This document shows, one piece after another, positions 10,600 to 21,288 of a DNA stretch of 64,000 nt. The stretch covers positions 40,077 through 104,076 of the forward strand of contig MGQB01000030.1 in assembly GCA_001797675.1 (NCBI GenBank), given 5' to 3'. Each line of letters begins with the position of its first letter. The first letter of the stretch is position 1. The position numbers and the translations under genes were made by a program. Below the pieces are notes generated by a model that made no database searches, was not told the origin of the DNA, and saw only the letters and a program-made list of their open reading frames with translations. Origin of the DNA: Deltaproteobacteria bacterium RBG_13_43_22 (GTDB lineage Bacteria > Desulfobacterota > RBG-13-43-22).

Positions 10600-11805
10600 A
10601 TGAACCCTCAAAAAGATATTAATCGGATTGTGGATAGGGCCGGCCAGGTCCTGATGAACACCTATGCCCGGATCCCGGTGGCCTTTGAAAAAGGGCAGGG
10701 ATGCCGGTTATGGGATCAGGAGGGACGCGTTTATCTGGACTTTTTAGCCGGTATTGCCGTATCCGCTTTGGGGCACAGCCACCCGAAGGTGGTTGAAACC
10801 CTTAAAGGGCAGGCGGAACGGCTGCTTCATACATCCAACCTTTACCATATTGAAAACCAGATAGCCCTGGCCGAGCAGTTGATCGAGCACTCCTTTGCCG
10901 ATAAGGCTTTCTTCTGCAACAGCGGGACCGAGGCCAATGAAGGGGCGATTAAACTGGCCCGCCGTTATTCCTCCGAACGATACGGACCGCAAAAAACGAC
11001 CATCCTCTGCATGATAAACAGCTTTCACGGTCGAACCCTCGGGTCCCTTTCGGCCACCGGCCAGGAAAAATTCCAAAAGGGCTTCGGGCCTTTGGTCCCC
11101 GGTTTTTCTTTTGTGCCTTTTGATGATCTGGTGGCCCTGGATGAAAATTGGGATGACAAGATCTGTGCCGTACTGATGGAACCGGTCCAGGGCGAGGGGG
11201 GTATACGGGTTCCGGATAAGGCCTTTCTCAAAAAAGTGAAAAAGCGCTGTCAAGAGCGCAATGCTTTGCTGATCCTGGATGAGGTCCAGACCGGTTTGGG
11301 ACGGACCGGAACCCTTTTCTGTCATGAGCAGTTTGAGACCCAGCCGGATATCATGACCTTGGCCAAAGCCCTGGGCAACGGCCTCCCGATCGGGGCCTTG
11401 CTGGCCACAAACGAGGTGGCCGCCGCCTTCCAACCGGGAACCCATGCAGCCACCTTCGGGGGCAATCCCCTGGTTACGGCAGTGGCCGGGACTGTCCTTT
11501 CCATCATCCTGGGAGAGGGATTTCTTCCCGGGGTAAGGAAAACCGGGATCTACTTTCAGAACCAATTGCTCGGTTTGAAGGAAGAATTTCCCCAGGTGCT
11601 TGATGTCCGGGGTATGGGTCTGCTGCTCGGAATAGCCCTGAACCGGCCGGGAAAGCCGATCGTTGATGCCTGTTTACAAAAAGGATTTTTAATCAACTGC
11701 ACCCAGGATACGATCCTGCGTTTTGCCCCGCCCTTGATCGTAGAACCAGAGGAGATCGATGCTTTGATTAAAACTTTGCGGGCTCTTCTAAAAGAAATGA
11801 ATTAA
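10600..11805 (+). CDS. argD: Acetylornithine aminotransferase
   Basis: Class III PLP aminotransferase (FCNSGTEANEGAIKLAR, LILDEVQTGLGRTG, TFGGNP). Start is ATG 10600 (alternative GTG 10588). Confidence 0.9.
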   Translation: MNPQKDINRIVDRAGQVLMNTYARIPVAFEKGQGCRLWDQEGRVYLDFLAGIAVSALGHSHPKVVETLKGQAERLLHTSNLYHIENQIALAEQLIEHSFADKAFFCNSGTEANEGAIKLARRYSSERYGPQKTTILCMINSFHGRTLGSLSATGQEKFQKGFGPLVPGFSFVPFDDLVALDENWDDKICAVLMEPVQGEGGIRVPDKAFLKKVKKRCQERNALLILDEVQTGLGRTGTLFCHEQFETQPDIMTLAKALGNGLPIGALLATNEVAAAFQPGTHAATFGGNPLVTAVAGTVLSIILGEGFLPGVRKTGIYFQNQLLGLKEEFPQVLDVRGMGLLLGIALNRPGKPIVDACLQKGFLINCTQDTILRFAPPLIVEPEEIDALIKTLRALLKEMN

Positions 11806-11824
11806 TGGGGGTGCGTCTTTAAAG

Positions 11825-12751
11825 ATGAGTCAAAGAGATTTTCTAAAACTTTCCGACCTGACCACTTCTGAAATCGAGGCCATCTGGAAAAGAACCAAAG
11901 AATATAAAGAAGGTCAGGCCAAAAACAAACCCTTGCAAGGGAAAACCATCGGCCTTCTTTTTGAAAAACCGTCCACTCGAACTCGGCTTTCATTTGAGGT
12001 GGCCGTTATTCAAACCGGCGGGCACCCGGTCTTTATCAGCAGTCGGGACACGCAGATGTCCCGTAACGAACCCTTAAAGGATACAGCCCGGATCTTGTCC
12101 CGGTACTTAGACGGCCTGGTGGTTCGCACCTTTTCTCAGAAGACCCTTGATGAACTGGCCGGATTTTCCGCTGTTCCGGTCATCAATGCCTTGAGCGATC
12201 TTTACCATCCGGCCCAGATTTTGAGCGACCTGTATACGATTCGGGAACGAAAAAGCGATCTCCAAGGGATGAAGATAGCCTGGCTGGGAGATGGGAACAA
12301 TGTGGCCCATTCCTGGATCGAAGCGGCCTGTCTTTTCCCCTTTCAGTTGATTTTGGCCTGCCCCAAGGGATTTGAACCGAACGAGGCAATCTGGGAAAAG
12401 GCAAAGAAAGAGGCCGGAGAAAGGGTCCGCCTTACCGATGATCCGATTGAGGCCGTCCGCAAAGCCCAGGTGATCAATACCGATGTCTGGGCCAGCATGG
12501 GTCAGGAAGATCAGGCTCTGGATCGGATCCAATTTTTCCAGGCCTTCCAATTAAATGGAAATCTTCTTTCTCTTGCCGAACCGGATTGTATGGTCCTGCA
12601 TTGCCTGCCGGCCCACCGGGGAGAGGAAATTACCGATGAAGTGCTGGAAGGTCCCAACTCTGCGGTTTTCGATCAGGCGGAAAACAAGCTCCATGTACAT
12701 AAAGCTCTGTTGGAATTTTTGCTGGACGGCGGGAAGAACTTTGGAAGGTGA
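11825..12751 (+). CDS. argF: Ornithine carbamoyltransferase
   Basis: STRTR, HPAQ, DVWASMG and HCLPAHRGEE motifs. Confidence 0.93.
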   Translation: MSQRDFLKLSDLTTSEIEAIWKRTKEYKEGQAKNKPLQGKTIGLLFEKPSTRTRLSFEVAVIQTGGHPVFISSRDTQMSRNEPLKDTARILSRYLDGLVVRTFSQKTLDELAGFSAVPVINALSDLYHPAQILSDLYTIRERKSDLQGMKIAWLGDGNNVAHSWIEAACLFPFQLILACPKGFEPNEAIWEKAKKEAGERVRLTDDPIEAVRKAQVINTDVWASMGQEDQALDRIQFFQAFQLNGNLLSLAEPDCMVLHCLPAHRGEEITDEVLEGPNSAVFDQAENKLHVHKALLEFLLDGGKNFGR

Positions 12752-12782
12752 ACCATGGTTAGGACAGATCCCTGACTGAATA

Positions 12783-12894
12783 AAATCCGAATCTCGAAGC
12801 ACGAAATTCGAAACAAATCTAAAAATTTAAAAAACAATATTCGAACCATTTAAATTTTAACATTTTCGAGATTCGGATTTCGAATTTTGAATTT
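12783..12894. repeat. Tandem-unit hairpin (GAAGCAC/GAAATCC-GGATTTC family), copy 2
   Basis: A perfect 16-bp stem pairs 12783-12798 (AAATCCGAATCTCGAA) with 12865-12880 (TTCGAGATTCGGATTT). Shares CGAAGCACGAAATNCGAAACAAAT with copy 1. Confidence 0.8.
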
Positions 12895-12957
12895 TTTTAA
12901 CTTTTTATTGGATTAGTTTGCTTGTTATTGAGGATAAGGTAAGGAGAAAACAAACTG

Positions 12958-14148
12958 ATGAAAATCGTTTTGGCTTATTCCGGGGGGTTGGATACCTCGG
13001 TGATATTAAAATGGCTTCAGAAAACCTATCAAGCCGAGGTCGTCGCCTTTTCCGCCGATTTGGGGCAGGAAGAGGACTGGAAGGCCATTGAAAAAAAGGC
13101 CCTCCAGACCGGAGCAACCAAATTCGTAGCCAGGGATTTGAAGGAAGAATTTGTCAGGGAGTACGTCTTTCCGGCCTTCCGGGCCAATGCCGCTTACGAG
13201 CAACATTACCTCCTGGGGACATCCCTGGCTCGGCCGATCATCGCCAAACACCAGGTGTTGGTAGCCGAGGCCGAAGGAGCCGAAGCGGTCAGCCATGGGG
13301 CCACCGGCAAAGGGAACGATCAGGTTCGCTTTGAACTGACCTGCATGGCCCTTAATCCCGGCTTGAAAATCATCGCCCCCTGGAGAGAATGGGATTTAAA
13401 CTCCCGTTCAGCCCTGATTGCTTATGCCCAAAACCACGGGATTCCGGTGCCGGTCACTCCGGAAAGACCCTACAGTTCCGATGCCAATCTTCTGCATATC
13501 AGCTATGAAGGGGGAATCCTCGAAGACCCCTGGAAGGAACCCCCGGAAAACATGTTTCAAATGACCCGGTCGCCGGAGAAGGCCCCGGACTCCCCGGAAT
13601 ATGTGGAGATCACCTTTGAACAGGGAAATCCCACAGCCGTCAACGGGCAGGTTATGAACGCCGTAGAATTGTTATCCTCTCTCAATGCCCTGGGAGGGAA
13701 GCACGGGATAGGCAGGGTGGACCTGGTGGAAAACCGTTATGTGGGTATGAAGTCCCGGGGGGTTTATGAGACCCCGGGAGGGACCTTGATCCGCGCGGCT
13801 CATCAAGCCATCGAGTCTTTGACCCTGGATCGGGAGGTTATGCATATTCGGGATTCTCTGATCCCTCGATATGCGGAAATGGTCTATTACGGGTACTGGT
13901 TTTCTCCGGAGCGGGAACTCCTTCAAAAACTGATGGATGAGGCCCAGACCAGGGTTTCGGGGATCGCCCGGTTGAAATTGTATAAGGGAAACGTAATCCT
14001 CGCCGGAAGGAAATCGGACCAATCCCTTTATCGGATGGATTTTGCCACCTTTGAAGAAGATCAGGTCTATCACCAAAAAGACGCCGAAGGATTTATCCGG
14101 CTTAATGGATTGAGATTGAAAATTCAAAACCTGGTATCCAGATCTTAG
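12958..14148 (+). CDS. argG: Argininosuccinate synthase
   Basis: [10 protein letters not shown]-terminus, [13 protein letters not shown] motif; 396 aa. Confidence 0.95.
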   Translation: MKIVLAYSGGLDTSVILKWLQKTYQAEVVAFSADLGQEEDWKAIEKKALQTGATKFVARDLKEEFVREYVFPAFRANAAYEQHYLLGTSLARPIIAKHQVLVAEAEGAEAVSHGATGKGNDQVRFELTCMALNPGLKIIAPWREWDLNSRSALIAYAQNHGIPVPVTPERPYSSDANLLHISYEGGILEDPWKEPPENMFQMTRSPEKAPDSPEYVEITFEQGNPTAVNGQVMNAVELLSSLNALGGKHGIGRVDLVENRYVGMKSRGVYETPGGTLIRAAHQAIESLTLDREVMHIRDSLIPRYAEMVYYGYWFSPERELLQKLMDEAQTRVSGIARLKLYKGNVILAGRKSDQSLYRMDFATFEEDQVYHQKDAEGFIRLNGLRLKIQNLVSRS

Positions 14149-14185
14149 CCTAGGGAATCCAGAATTCAGGAGCCAGAATCCAAAA

Positions 14186-15598
14186 GTGAAGGATATGAGC
14201 AAACAAACATCTAAAAAGAAAAAAGATAAGCCAAAACTGTGGGCCGGCCGTTTCTCCGAAGCGACGGATCCTTTGGTTGACGTTTTCACCAATTCCATCC
14301 CTTTTGATTACCGTCTTTTACCCTACGACCTGGCCGGGAGTCTGGCTCACTTGAAGATGCTGGCTCGACAAGGGATCATTCCCGTTAAAGAGGCAAAAAA
14401 AATCCGCACCGGACTGCTGGAAATCCAAAAAGAATGGGAATTAGGGAAATTGTCATTCCCTTTGGAAGACGAAGACGTCCACATGTTTGTAGAAAAGCGT
14501 CTGACTAAGAAGATCGGGGCGGTGGCGGGTAAAATCCATACCGCCCGGAGCCGTAATGACCAGGTGGCCCTGGATTTAAGACTCTACCTTCGGGATCAGA
14601 TACAAGACTTGAAGCGGGAGCTCCAAGGCTTGCAAAAAACTTTGTTGGAAAGGGCCAAAAATCAAGGTCACCTGATCCTTCCCGGCTACACCCATTTACA
14701 ACGGGCTCAACCGGTAATCCTGGGTCATCACCTGCTGGCCTATCTGGAAATGTTTTATCGGGACCAGCAGCGTCTAAGTGAAGTCTTAAGACGGGTCAAC
14801 ATCCTCCCCTTGGGCAGTGCAGCCCTGGCCGGTACTTCCTTTCCCATTGACCGCACCCTGGTGGCCAAAGAGTTGGGCTTTGAACAAATCTCCCCAAACA
14901 GTATGGATGCGGTCAGCGACCGGGATTTTGTCATCGAATTCCTGTCTGCCGGGGCAACCCTAATGATGCATTATTCCCGGATGTCCGAAGAATTGATCCT
15001 TTGGTCGAGTTCGGAATTTGATTTTGTAGAGATCAGCGATGCCTTCTGCACCGGCAGCAGCATTATGCCTCAAAAAAAGAACCCGGATGTTCCGGAATTG
15101 ATTCGTGGAAAAACAGGTAGGGTTTACGGCCATCTGATGGGGATGTTGACCACCATGAAGGCTTTACCGTTAACCTATAACAAGGATTTACAAGAGGATA
15201 AAGAGCCGGTCTTTGATTCGGTGGAAACCTTACTGAACTGCACCCGACTGCTTTGTGGTCTCTGGTCCAATATCCGTTTTAGGACCGATTCGATGGAGAA
15301 AGCCGCCGAAACAGGATATCTGTTGGCTACGGACCTGGCCGATTACCTGGTGAAAAAAGGATTGGACTTCAGAAGGGCCCATCAGGTTGTGGGCACTCTC
15401 GTTGCTTATGCCTTGAAAAGAGGGTGGGAACTGAAGGACATCCCTTTATCGGAATTGAAAACCTTTCATCCCATTTTTGAAGAGGATGTCCACACTGCGT
15501 TGGATCTTCGTTCAGCCATGGCTGAGCGGAATTCACAGGGAGGAACAGCCCCCCAACAGGTTAAAAAAGCCTTGAAAGAGATGGAGAAGAAGATATGA
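14186..15598 (+). CDS. argH: Argininosuccinate lyase
   Basis: LWAGRFSE N-terminus and the fumarate-lyase signature GSSIMPQKKNPD. Start is GTG 14186 or ATG 14195. Confidence 0.93.
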   Translation: MKDMSKQTSKKKKDKPKLWAGRFSEATDPLVDVFTNSIPFDYRLLPYDLAGSLAHLKMLARQGIIPVKEAKKIRTGLLEIQKEWELGKLSFPLEDEDVHMFVEKRLTKKIGAVAGKIHTARSRNDQVALDLRLYLRDQIQDLKRELQGLQKTLLERAKNQGHLILPGYTHLQRAQPVILGHHLLAYLEMFYRDQQRLSEVLRRVNILPLGSAALAGTSFPIDRTLVAKELGFEQISPNSMDAVSDRDFVIEFLSAGATLMMHYSRMSEELILWSSSEFDFVEISDAFCTGSSIMPQKKNPDVPELIRGKTGRVYGHLMGMLTTMKALPLTYNKDLQEDKEPVFDSVETLLNCTRLLCGLWSNIRFRTDSMEKAAETGYLLATDLADYLVKKGLDFRRAHQVVGTLVAYALKRGWELKDIPLSELKTFHPIFEEDVHTALDLRSAMAERNSQGGTAPQQVKKALKEMEKKI

Positions 15599-16680
15599 TC
15601 CCAACAGCCCTGCGATTAAAAAAACGGTCAGCGAATCTGGTCTGGTTTTTTCTGATTATCAGCTTGCTATCCTGTGGTAAAAAGGCCAATCCGATCATTC
15701 CGGTAAAGGCGTCCCCCAAAGGGATCGAAGACCTCAACTATCAAATCAAAGGCAAATCCCTGGTGGTTTCCTGGGCTATCCCTCAGCAAAATACCGACGG
15801 CAGTCCCTTGACGGACTTGAAAGGATTTAAAGTCCAAAAAGGAGAATGGTTGACCCGGAATTTCTGTCCAACCTGTCCGGATCAATTTCAGGAGACCCTC
15901 TGGATTGATCTGAAAGGCCCTGAACAACCGGACATCAGGGTCGAACCGGACCAGGTTCAACTAACCTTTAACCAGCTTCATCCCGGCAATACCTATTTTT
16001 TTCAAGTGACGGCCGTTACGAAAAAGGAGGCGGAAAGTAGCCCTTCGAAAACCCTTCGTCTGTCCTGGGAACTTCCGCTTAACCCACCCTCGGAACTTCA
16101 GGTGAAACCCGATCAGCAGGGGATTCTAATCTCCTGGAGGCCGTCTCCGTCGTTGATAGACGGGAGTGCTCCGGAAGGCCTGGCGGGTTATTTCCTTGAA
16201 CGGAGAATGGAGAAAGGGTCTTGGCAGAAGATCACCGCCCAACCGATAACAAAAACGATTTATACCGATTTGGAACTTCAAGAAAACGTCACCTATACCT
16301 ATCGGGTTAAGGCCCTGCGTCTGGTTCAGGAGAATCTCCTGGAAAGTGAGGCCTCGGAAGAAAAAGGAATCGTCTACACACGCACCGCCCCTCCCCCGGC
16401 CGTTCAGGATTTGATAGCTTTTTTGAGTCCCAACGGGGTGGAGCTTCGCTGGCAGGGGATTGAAACGATGACTCCCAGCGGTTATCATATCTACAAAAGG
16501 ATGAGAAACGAAAAAATACCTCGGCGAATCACTCAGGAAGCCATAAAGGAGACGAGTTTTGAAGACCGGCAGGTAAGGCCCGGAACCGTGTATTTTTACT
16601 CTATCAGTGCGGTAGGAAACCCACCGGCCCTGGTGGAAGGTCCACGGTCAACGGAAGTTGAAATAACCTATAATCCATAA
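15595..16680 (+). CDS. Lipoprotein with three fibronectin type III-like domains
   Basis: Lipobox LLSCG followed by KKANPI. Three roughly 90-aa repeats end in Fn3-like Y-x-Y/F strands (TYFFQVTAV, YTYRVKAL, YFYSISAV). Its ATG overlaps the argH stop (ATGA). Confidence 0.7.
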   Translation: MIPTALRLKKRSANLVWFFLIISLLSCGKKANPIIPVKASPKGIEDLNYQIKGKSLVVSWAIPQQNTDGSPLTDLKGFKVQKGEWLTRNFCPTCPDQFQETLWIDLKGPEQPDIRVEPDQVQLTFNQLHPGNTYFFQVTAVTKKEAESSPSKTLRLSWELPLNPPSELQVKPDQQGILISWRPSPSLIDGSAPEGLAGYFLERRMEKGSWQKITAQPITKTIYTDLELQENVTYTYRVKALRLVQENLLESEASEEKGIVYTRTAPPPAVQDLIAFLSPNGVELRWQGIETMTPSGYHIYKRMRNEKIPRRITQEAIKETSFEDRQVRPGTVYFYSISAVGNPPALVEGPRSTEVEITYNP

Positions 16681-16705
16681 ATCCAGAATCCAAGAGCAAG
16701 AGACC

Positions 16706-16803
16706 GAAGCCAGAATTCAGAATAAGTCGTAATTAAGGTTTTTAAAAAAGAAGCTGCTTGGAATTTATGATTCAGGTCTCAGAAGCCAGAGTTAAGAATA
16801 AAG
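16706..16803. repeat. Direct repeat pair GAAGCCAGA(A/G)TT(C/A)AGAATAA(A)G
   Basis: Copies at 16706-16726 and 16782-16803, preceded by complementary hexamers GAGACC and GGTCTC. Related CCAGAAT units occur at 14133-14185. Confidence 0.6.
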
Positions 16804-16824
16804 CCGATAAAGGGATTTAAGTTC

Positions 16825-18075
16825 ATGCATCATTTTCAATACAAACGAAATTCACTTTATGCCGAAGCGGTGTCTATTCAAGAGATTACTCACCAGATGG
16901 GCACTCCTTGCTATATCTACAGCCAGGCAACCTTGGAACGCCATTTTAAAACATTTGATCAGGCTTTCTCAAAATTACCCCATCTGATCTGCTATTCACA
17001 AAAGGCCAATTCCAACCTGGCCTTACTGCGTCTTTTCGGACGGATGGGCGGCGGGACCGATATCGTTTCCGGCGGAGAACTGTACCGGGCCTTGAAGGCC
17101 GGCATCCCTCCGGAACGGATCGTCTACTCCGGCGTTGGGAAGACCGAGGAAGAAATCCGTTATGCATTAAAAGAAAAGATCCTCCTTCTGAATATCGAAT
17201 CCCCTGAGGAACTGAAGCTGGTCAACGAAATCGCCGGTCGAATGAAAAAGAAGGCCCCCATCAGCATCCGGGTCAATCCCGATATTGATCCCAAGACCCA
17301 TCCCTATATTTCCACGGGACTCAAAAAAAACAAGTTCGGGATCAATATTCATCAGGCCTTGGAAGAATATCGGTTGGCCAAAAACTTGCCGCACATTCAT
17401 ATCGCCGGGGTTGATTTCCACATAGGCTCCCAGTTGTTGGCCACCCAGCCCTTTCTGGCGGCGATACAGAAATTAAAAAAACTGATCTCCCAATTAATAA
17501 AAATGGAGATTGAGATTCAATATGTCGATTTAGGGGGAGGGTTGGGCATCACCTATGATCAGGAAGAGCCTCCCCATCCTAAGGAATATGCCAAGGCCAT
17601 CATCCAAGAATTAGGGGAAATACCATACACCCTGATTCTGGAGCCTGGAAGGGTTATTGTCGGCAATGCCGGTATCCTGGTAACCAAGGTTCTCTATGTA
17701 AAAAAAGGAGAGAAAAAAAATTTTATTATTGTAGATGCCGGCATGAATGATCTGCTGCGTCCGGCCCTATACGGTTCTTATCATCACATTCAGCCGGTAA
17801 TCCGAAAGAATCGAACCAAGATCCAGGCTGATGTAGTCGGACCGATCTGTGAAAGTAGTGATTTTTTAGCTCGGGACCGTATGTTGTCCCTTCCCAAATC
17901 CGGAGAGCATCTGGCCGTCATGAGCGCTGGGGCTTATAGTTTCTCCATGGCCAGCAACTATAATTCCAGACCCAGACCGGCGGAGGTCATGGTTGAGGGC
18001 CGGGAATTTCATGTCATTCGGAAACGGGAGACCTATGCGCAAATGACGGCTCTGGAAAGAATGCCGGAATTTTAA
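16825..18075 (+). CDS. lysA: Diaminopimelate decarboxylase
   Basis: Fold-type III PLP enzyme (YSQKANSN, DLGGGLGI, GPICESSD); 416 aa. Confidence 0.93.
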   Translation: MHHFQYKRNSLYAEAVSIQEITHQMGTPCYIYSQATLERHFKTFDQAFSKLPHLICYSQKANSNLALLRLFGRMGGGTDIVSGGELYRALKAGIPPERIVYSGVGKTEEEIRYALKEKILLLNIESPEELKLVNEIAGRMKKKAPISIRVNPDIDPKTHPYISTGLKKNKFGINIHQALEEYRLAKNLPHIHIAGVDFHIGSQLLATQPFLAAIQKLKKLISQLIKMEIEIQYVDLGGGLGITYDQEEPPHPKEYAKAIIQELGEIPYTLILEPGRVIVGNAGILVTKVLYVKKGEKKNFIIVDAGMNDLLRPALYGSYHHIQPVIRKNRTKIQADVVGPICESSDFLARDRMLSLPKSGEHLAVMSAGAYSFSMASNYNSRPRPAEVMVEGREFHVIRKRETYAQMTALERMPEF

Positions 18076-18092
18076 GTTCATGAAATAAACTC

Positions 18093-18169
18093 GGCAATAG
18101 GCTATGGGCCATGGAGAATGGAACCCTGTGAATTTTTAACCTATAGTCCATTGCCTTTTGCCCATAGCC
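18093..18169. repeat. Inverted repeat (GGCTATGGGC / GCCCATAGCC)
   Basis: A perfect 10-bp pairing of 18100-18109 with 18160-18169, plus GGCAAT/ATTGCC sub-pairing. Confidence 0.6.
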
Positions 18170-18175
18170 TAACTA

Positions 18176-19012
18176 ATGAATTTTAAACCTTCTCTTAAAA
18201 TTACCAAAATGAGCGGATCGGGAAATGATTTTATCCTGATGGATAACCGCTCAAAAGAGATTCTTAATGACCGGATGGCACCCCTAGCCCGGGCCCTCTG
18301 CCGGAGGATGGTTTCGGTCGGGGCCGACGGGATGATTTTTATCGAACCCTCGGATCGCTATGATTTTAAATGGCGTTTTTTTAATGCCGATGGAAGCGAA
18401 GCCGAGATGTGCGGCAATGGAGGCCGGTGTACGGCCCGTTTTGCCTTTCTTCAGGGGATTGCCGGTCCGGAGATGACCTTTGAAACCCTGGCCGGCCCCA
18501 TCCAGGCCTGGGTGGAAGGATCGAAAGTCAAGCTGGAGTTGACCCAGCCGAAAGACTTGAGGCTCAACCAACAGATCGACCTCGATGGAAAAACTCTGTT
18601 TTTTGATTTTTTAAACACGGGGGTCCCTCATACCCTGATTGGGGTGGAAGACCTGGAGATCGTCGATTTGCCCGGTTTAGGTCCCCGAATCCGTTATCAT
18701 GAGTATTTCAAGCCGGCCGGGACCAACGTCAATTTTTTTCAATTAAAAGACCCGGGGATACTTTCCATACGGACCTATGAACGGGGTGTGGAAGGGGAAA
18801 CCTTGGCCTGCGGAACCGGTTCGGTGGCTGCAGCCGCTATCGCTTTTTACCAGAATAAAGCCCGCTCCCCGGTTCAGGTTCAAACCCGGGGGGGAGAGAT
18901 ATTAACCGTTTATGTGGAAGGACAACCCGGGCAGGAAATCAACCGGGTCTATCTGGAAGGAAAAGTTCGTCTGATTTTTCAAGGAGAGGTGTTTGAAGAA
19001 GCGTTACTTTAA
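18176..19012 (+). CDS. dapF: Diaminopimelate epimerase
   Basis: MSGSGNDFIL N-terminus and two catalytic Cys contexts (MCGNGGRC, ACGTGSVA). Confidence 0.93.
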   Translation: MNFKPSLKITKMSGSGNDFILMDNRSKEILNDRMAPLARALCRRMVSVGADGMIFIEPSDRYDFKWRFFNADGSEAEMCGNGGRCTARFAFLQGIAGPEMTFETLAGPIQAWVEGSKVKLELTQPKDLRLNQQIDLDGKTLFFDFLNTGVPHTLIGVEDLEIVDLPGLGPRIRYHEYFKPAGTNVNFFQLKDPGILSIRTYERGVEGETLACGTGSVAAAAIAFYQNKARSPVQVQTRGGEILTVYVEGQPGQEINRVYLEGKVRLIFQGEVFEEALL

Positions 19013-19162
19013 CAGTTTGAAACTAATGAAGAATAAAAAATATGCTGAAGGATCGCTATCGCTTGAGGAAAGAGACTTAAAGCAATTGCCTAAGACTTCA
19101 AGTGAAACGCTCCTCAAGTTCCGTCTTGACGGAACGGTCCTTTGGCCGAAAAGGAGTATCTC

Positions 19163-19969
19163 ATGATTAAAGCCATTATTGCCGGTGCCGGAGGCCGAAT
19201 GGGCGGCAGGATCGTCCAGCTGATCAATGAAACCCAGGATATGTCTATTGTTGGGGCCTTTGAAAAAGCAGATCATCCGGCCATTAATAAAGATCTGGGG
19301 GAATGGGTGGGGTTAGGGAAAAAAGGATTACCCATTGCCTCCAATCTTAAAGAGGTGATCGACCAGGGCGAGGTCATTATTGATTTCACCTTTCATTCCG
19401 CTTCCGTGGAGCATTTGCGCACAGCCGCCGCGCACAAAAAACCGATCGTCATCGGCAGTACGGGATTCACCAACGAAGAGATGGAGGAAATAAAAACCTT
19501 AAGTCAATCCGTTCCCTGTGTCCTCGCACCGAACATGAGTGTCGGGGTGAATGTCCTGTTCAAAGTAGTTGGAGATGTAGCCAAGGCTCTGGGAGAAGGA
19601 TTTGATATTGAGATATCTGAGGTTCATCATAAAATGAAAAAGGATGCCCCGAGCGGCACGGCCATGAAACTGGCCCAGATCCTGGCCCAGGCCCGTTCTC
19701 AGGATTTGGATCAAGTGGCGGTTTATGAACGAAAAGGGATCATCGGTGAACGGAAACCCGAAGAAATAGGGATCCAGACCTTCCGGGCCGGGGATATTAT
19801 CGGAGAGCATACGGTTCTGTTCGGCGGCCTGGGGGAACGGATCGAGATCACCCACCGGGCCCACAGCCGGGATACTTTTGTCCGCGGCGCCCTTCGGGCG
19901 GTGCGCTGGATCATCGGCCAAAAGAACGGATTGTATGATATGCATGATGTGCTGGGATTGAAGGGCTAA
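19163..19969 (+). CDS. dapB: 4-hydroxy-tetrahydrodipicolinate reductase
   Basis: MIKAIIAGAGGRMG Rossmann start and the E(V)HHKMKKDAPSGTA signature. AAGGAG precedes the ATG at 19163. Confidence 0.92.
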   Translation: MIKAIIAGAGGRMGGRIVQLINETQDMSIVGAFEKADHPAINKDLGEWVGLGKKGLPIASNLKEVIDQGEVIIDFTFHSASVEHLRTAAAHKKPIVIGSTGFTNEEMEEIKTLSQSVPCVLAPNMSVGVNVLFKVVGDVAKALGEGFDIEISEVHHKMKKDAPSGTAMKLAQILAQARSQDLDQVAVYERKGIIGERKPEEIGIQTFRAGDIIGEHTVLFGGLGERIEITHRAHSRDTFVRGALRAVRWIIGQKNGLYDMHDVLGLKG

Positions 19970-19980
19970 AGATACCGGCT

Positions 19981-20070
19981 GCAGGATACAAGATACACGA
20001 TAAAAAAATGGGATGCCTATTTTAAATTTTCGATTTTCTATTTTTCATCTTGCATCGTGCATCGTGTACC
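19981..20070. repeat. Tandem-unit inverted repeat (TGCATCGTG type)
   Basis: GCAGGATACAAGATACACGAT (19981-20001) faces ATCTTGCATCGTGCATCGTGTACC (20047-20070). Confidence 0.6.
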
Positions 20071-20118
20071 CTCTATATCAAATTCAAATTCAAAATTCAC
20101 AGTGATGAGGAGTTTTTT

Positions 20119-21288
20119 ATGGATTGGATTCAACCGGCAGATCGTCTCAAACAGCTCCCCCCCTACCTCTTTATGGAAATCGATCGCCTCAAAGTCGAGG
20201 TTCAGGCCAAGGGGGTGGACATCATCGACCTGGGGGTGGGCGATCCGGATCTTCCTACCCCGGCCCATATACTCAATCGGTTGAACCAGGCCGCCCTTGA
20301 CCCCAAGAATCACCGCTATCCCTCCTATTCCGGGATGAATGATTTTCGAAAGGTGGTGGCCTCCTGGTATCAGCGACGTTTTAACGTGACTCTGGATCCT
20401 GAAAAAGAAGTGGTCACCCTGATCGGGTCCAAGGAAGGGATCGCCCATTTTCCCCTGGCCTTTTTAAATCCCGGGGATCTGGCCCTGGTTTCCAGCCCCG
20501 GATATCCGGTTTATCATATCGGGACCCTTTTTGCCGGTGGTCAATCCTATTTTTTACCCCTGTTAAAAGAAAACCGGTTCTTACCGGACCTGTCACAAAT
20601 CCCCAAGGAAGTGGCCGGGCGGGGCAAAATCCTTTTCCTCAATTACCCCAACAATCCCACAGCGGCCGTGGCTGACCGGGTATTTTTTGAACAGGTGGTC
20701 CGATTCGCCCGGGAAAACCAGGTGATCGTTGCCCACGATGCCGCCTATTCCGAAATCGCTTATGACGGCATTCGGCCCATGAGTTTTCTGGAAATTCCCG
20801 GGGCCAAAGAGGTGGGGATTGAATTTCATTCCCTGTCCAAGACCTATAACATGACCGGCTGGCGTATCGGCTTTGCAGTAGGCAATCCCCTGCTGATCGC
20901 CGGTTTGAGCCGAATCAAGAGTAATATCGATTCCGGTGCGGCTCAGGCCATCCAATGGGCCGGCATCGACGCCCTGGAAGGACCGCAGGATTGTCTGACC
21001 GAGCTGAATGCCATCTATCAAAAGCGGAGAGACCTGATGGTGGCCGGATTGAAAAAAATCGGTCTGAGGCTTGAAGCCCCCAAGGCCACTTTTTATCTGT
21101 GGGTTGAAGTGCCCAAAGGGTATACCTCCACCCGGACCACCGCTCATCTTTTAGAACAGACCGGGATTGTAACCACCCCGGGGAACGGTTTCGGGGACCC
21201 CGGGGAAGGGTATTTTCGGATTTCTCTGACCGTCCCGGAAGACCGCCTGGAGGAGGCGGTTGTACGATTGAGCAAGGCAGGTTTTTGA
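20119..21288 (+). CDS. dapL: LL-diaminopimelate aminotransferase (class I aminotransferase)
   Basis: PLP fold type I ([31 protein letters not shown]). Context next to dapB and dapF. GAGGAG precedes the ATG at 20119. Confidence 0.78.
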   Translation: MDWIQPADRLKQLPPYLFMEIDRLKVEVQAKGVDIIDLGVGDPDLPTPAHILNRLNQAALDPKNHRYPSYSGMNDFRKVVASWYQRRFNVTLDPEKEVVTLIGSKEGIAHFPLAFLNPGDLALVSSPGYPVYHIGTLFAGGQSYFLPLLKENRFLPDLSQIPKEVAGRGKILFLNYPNNPTAAVADRVFFEQVVRFARENQVIVAHDAAYSEIAYDGIRPMSFLEIPGAKEVGIEFHSLSKTYNMTGWRIGFAVGNPLLIAGLSRIKSNIDSGAAQAIQWAGIDALEGPQDCLTELNAIYQKRRDLMVAGLKKIGLRLEAPKATFYLWVEVPKGYTSTRTTAHLLEQTGIVTTPGNGFGDPGEGYFRISLTVPEDRLEEAVVRLSKAGF

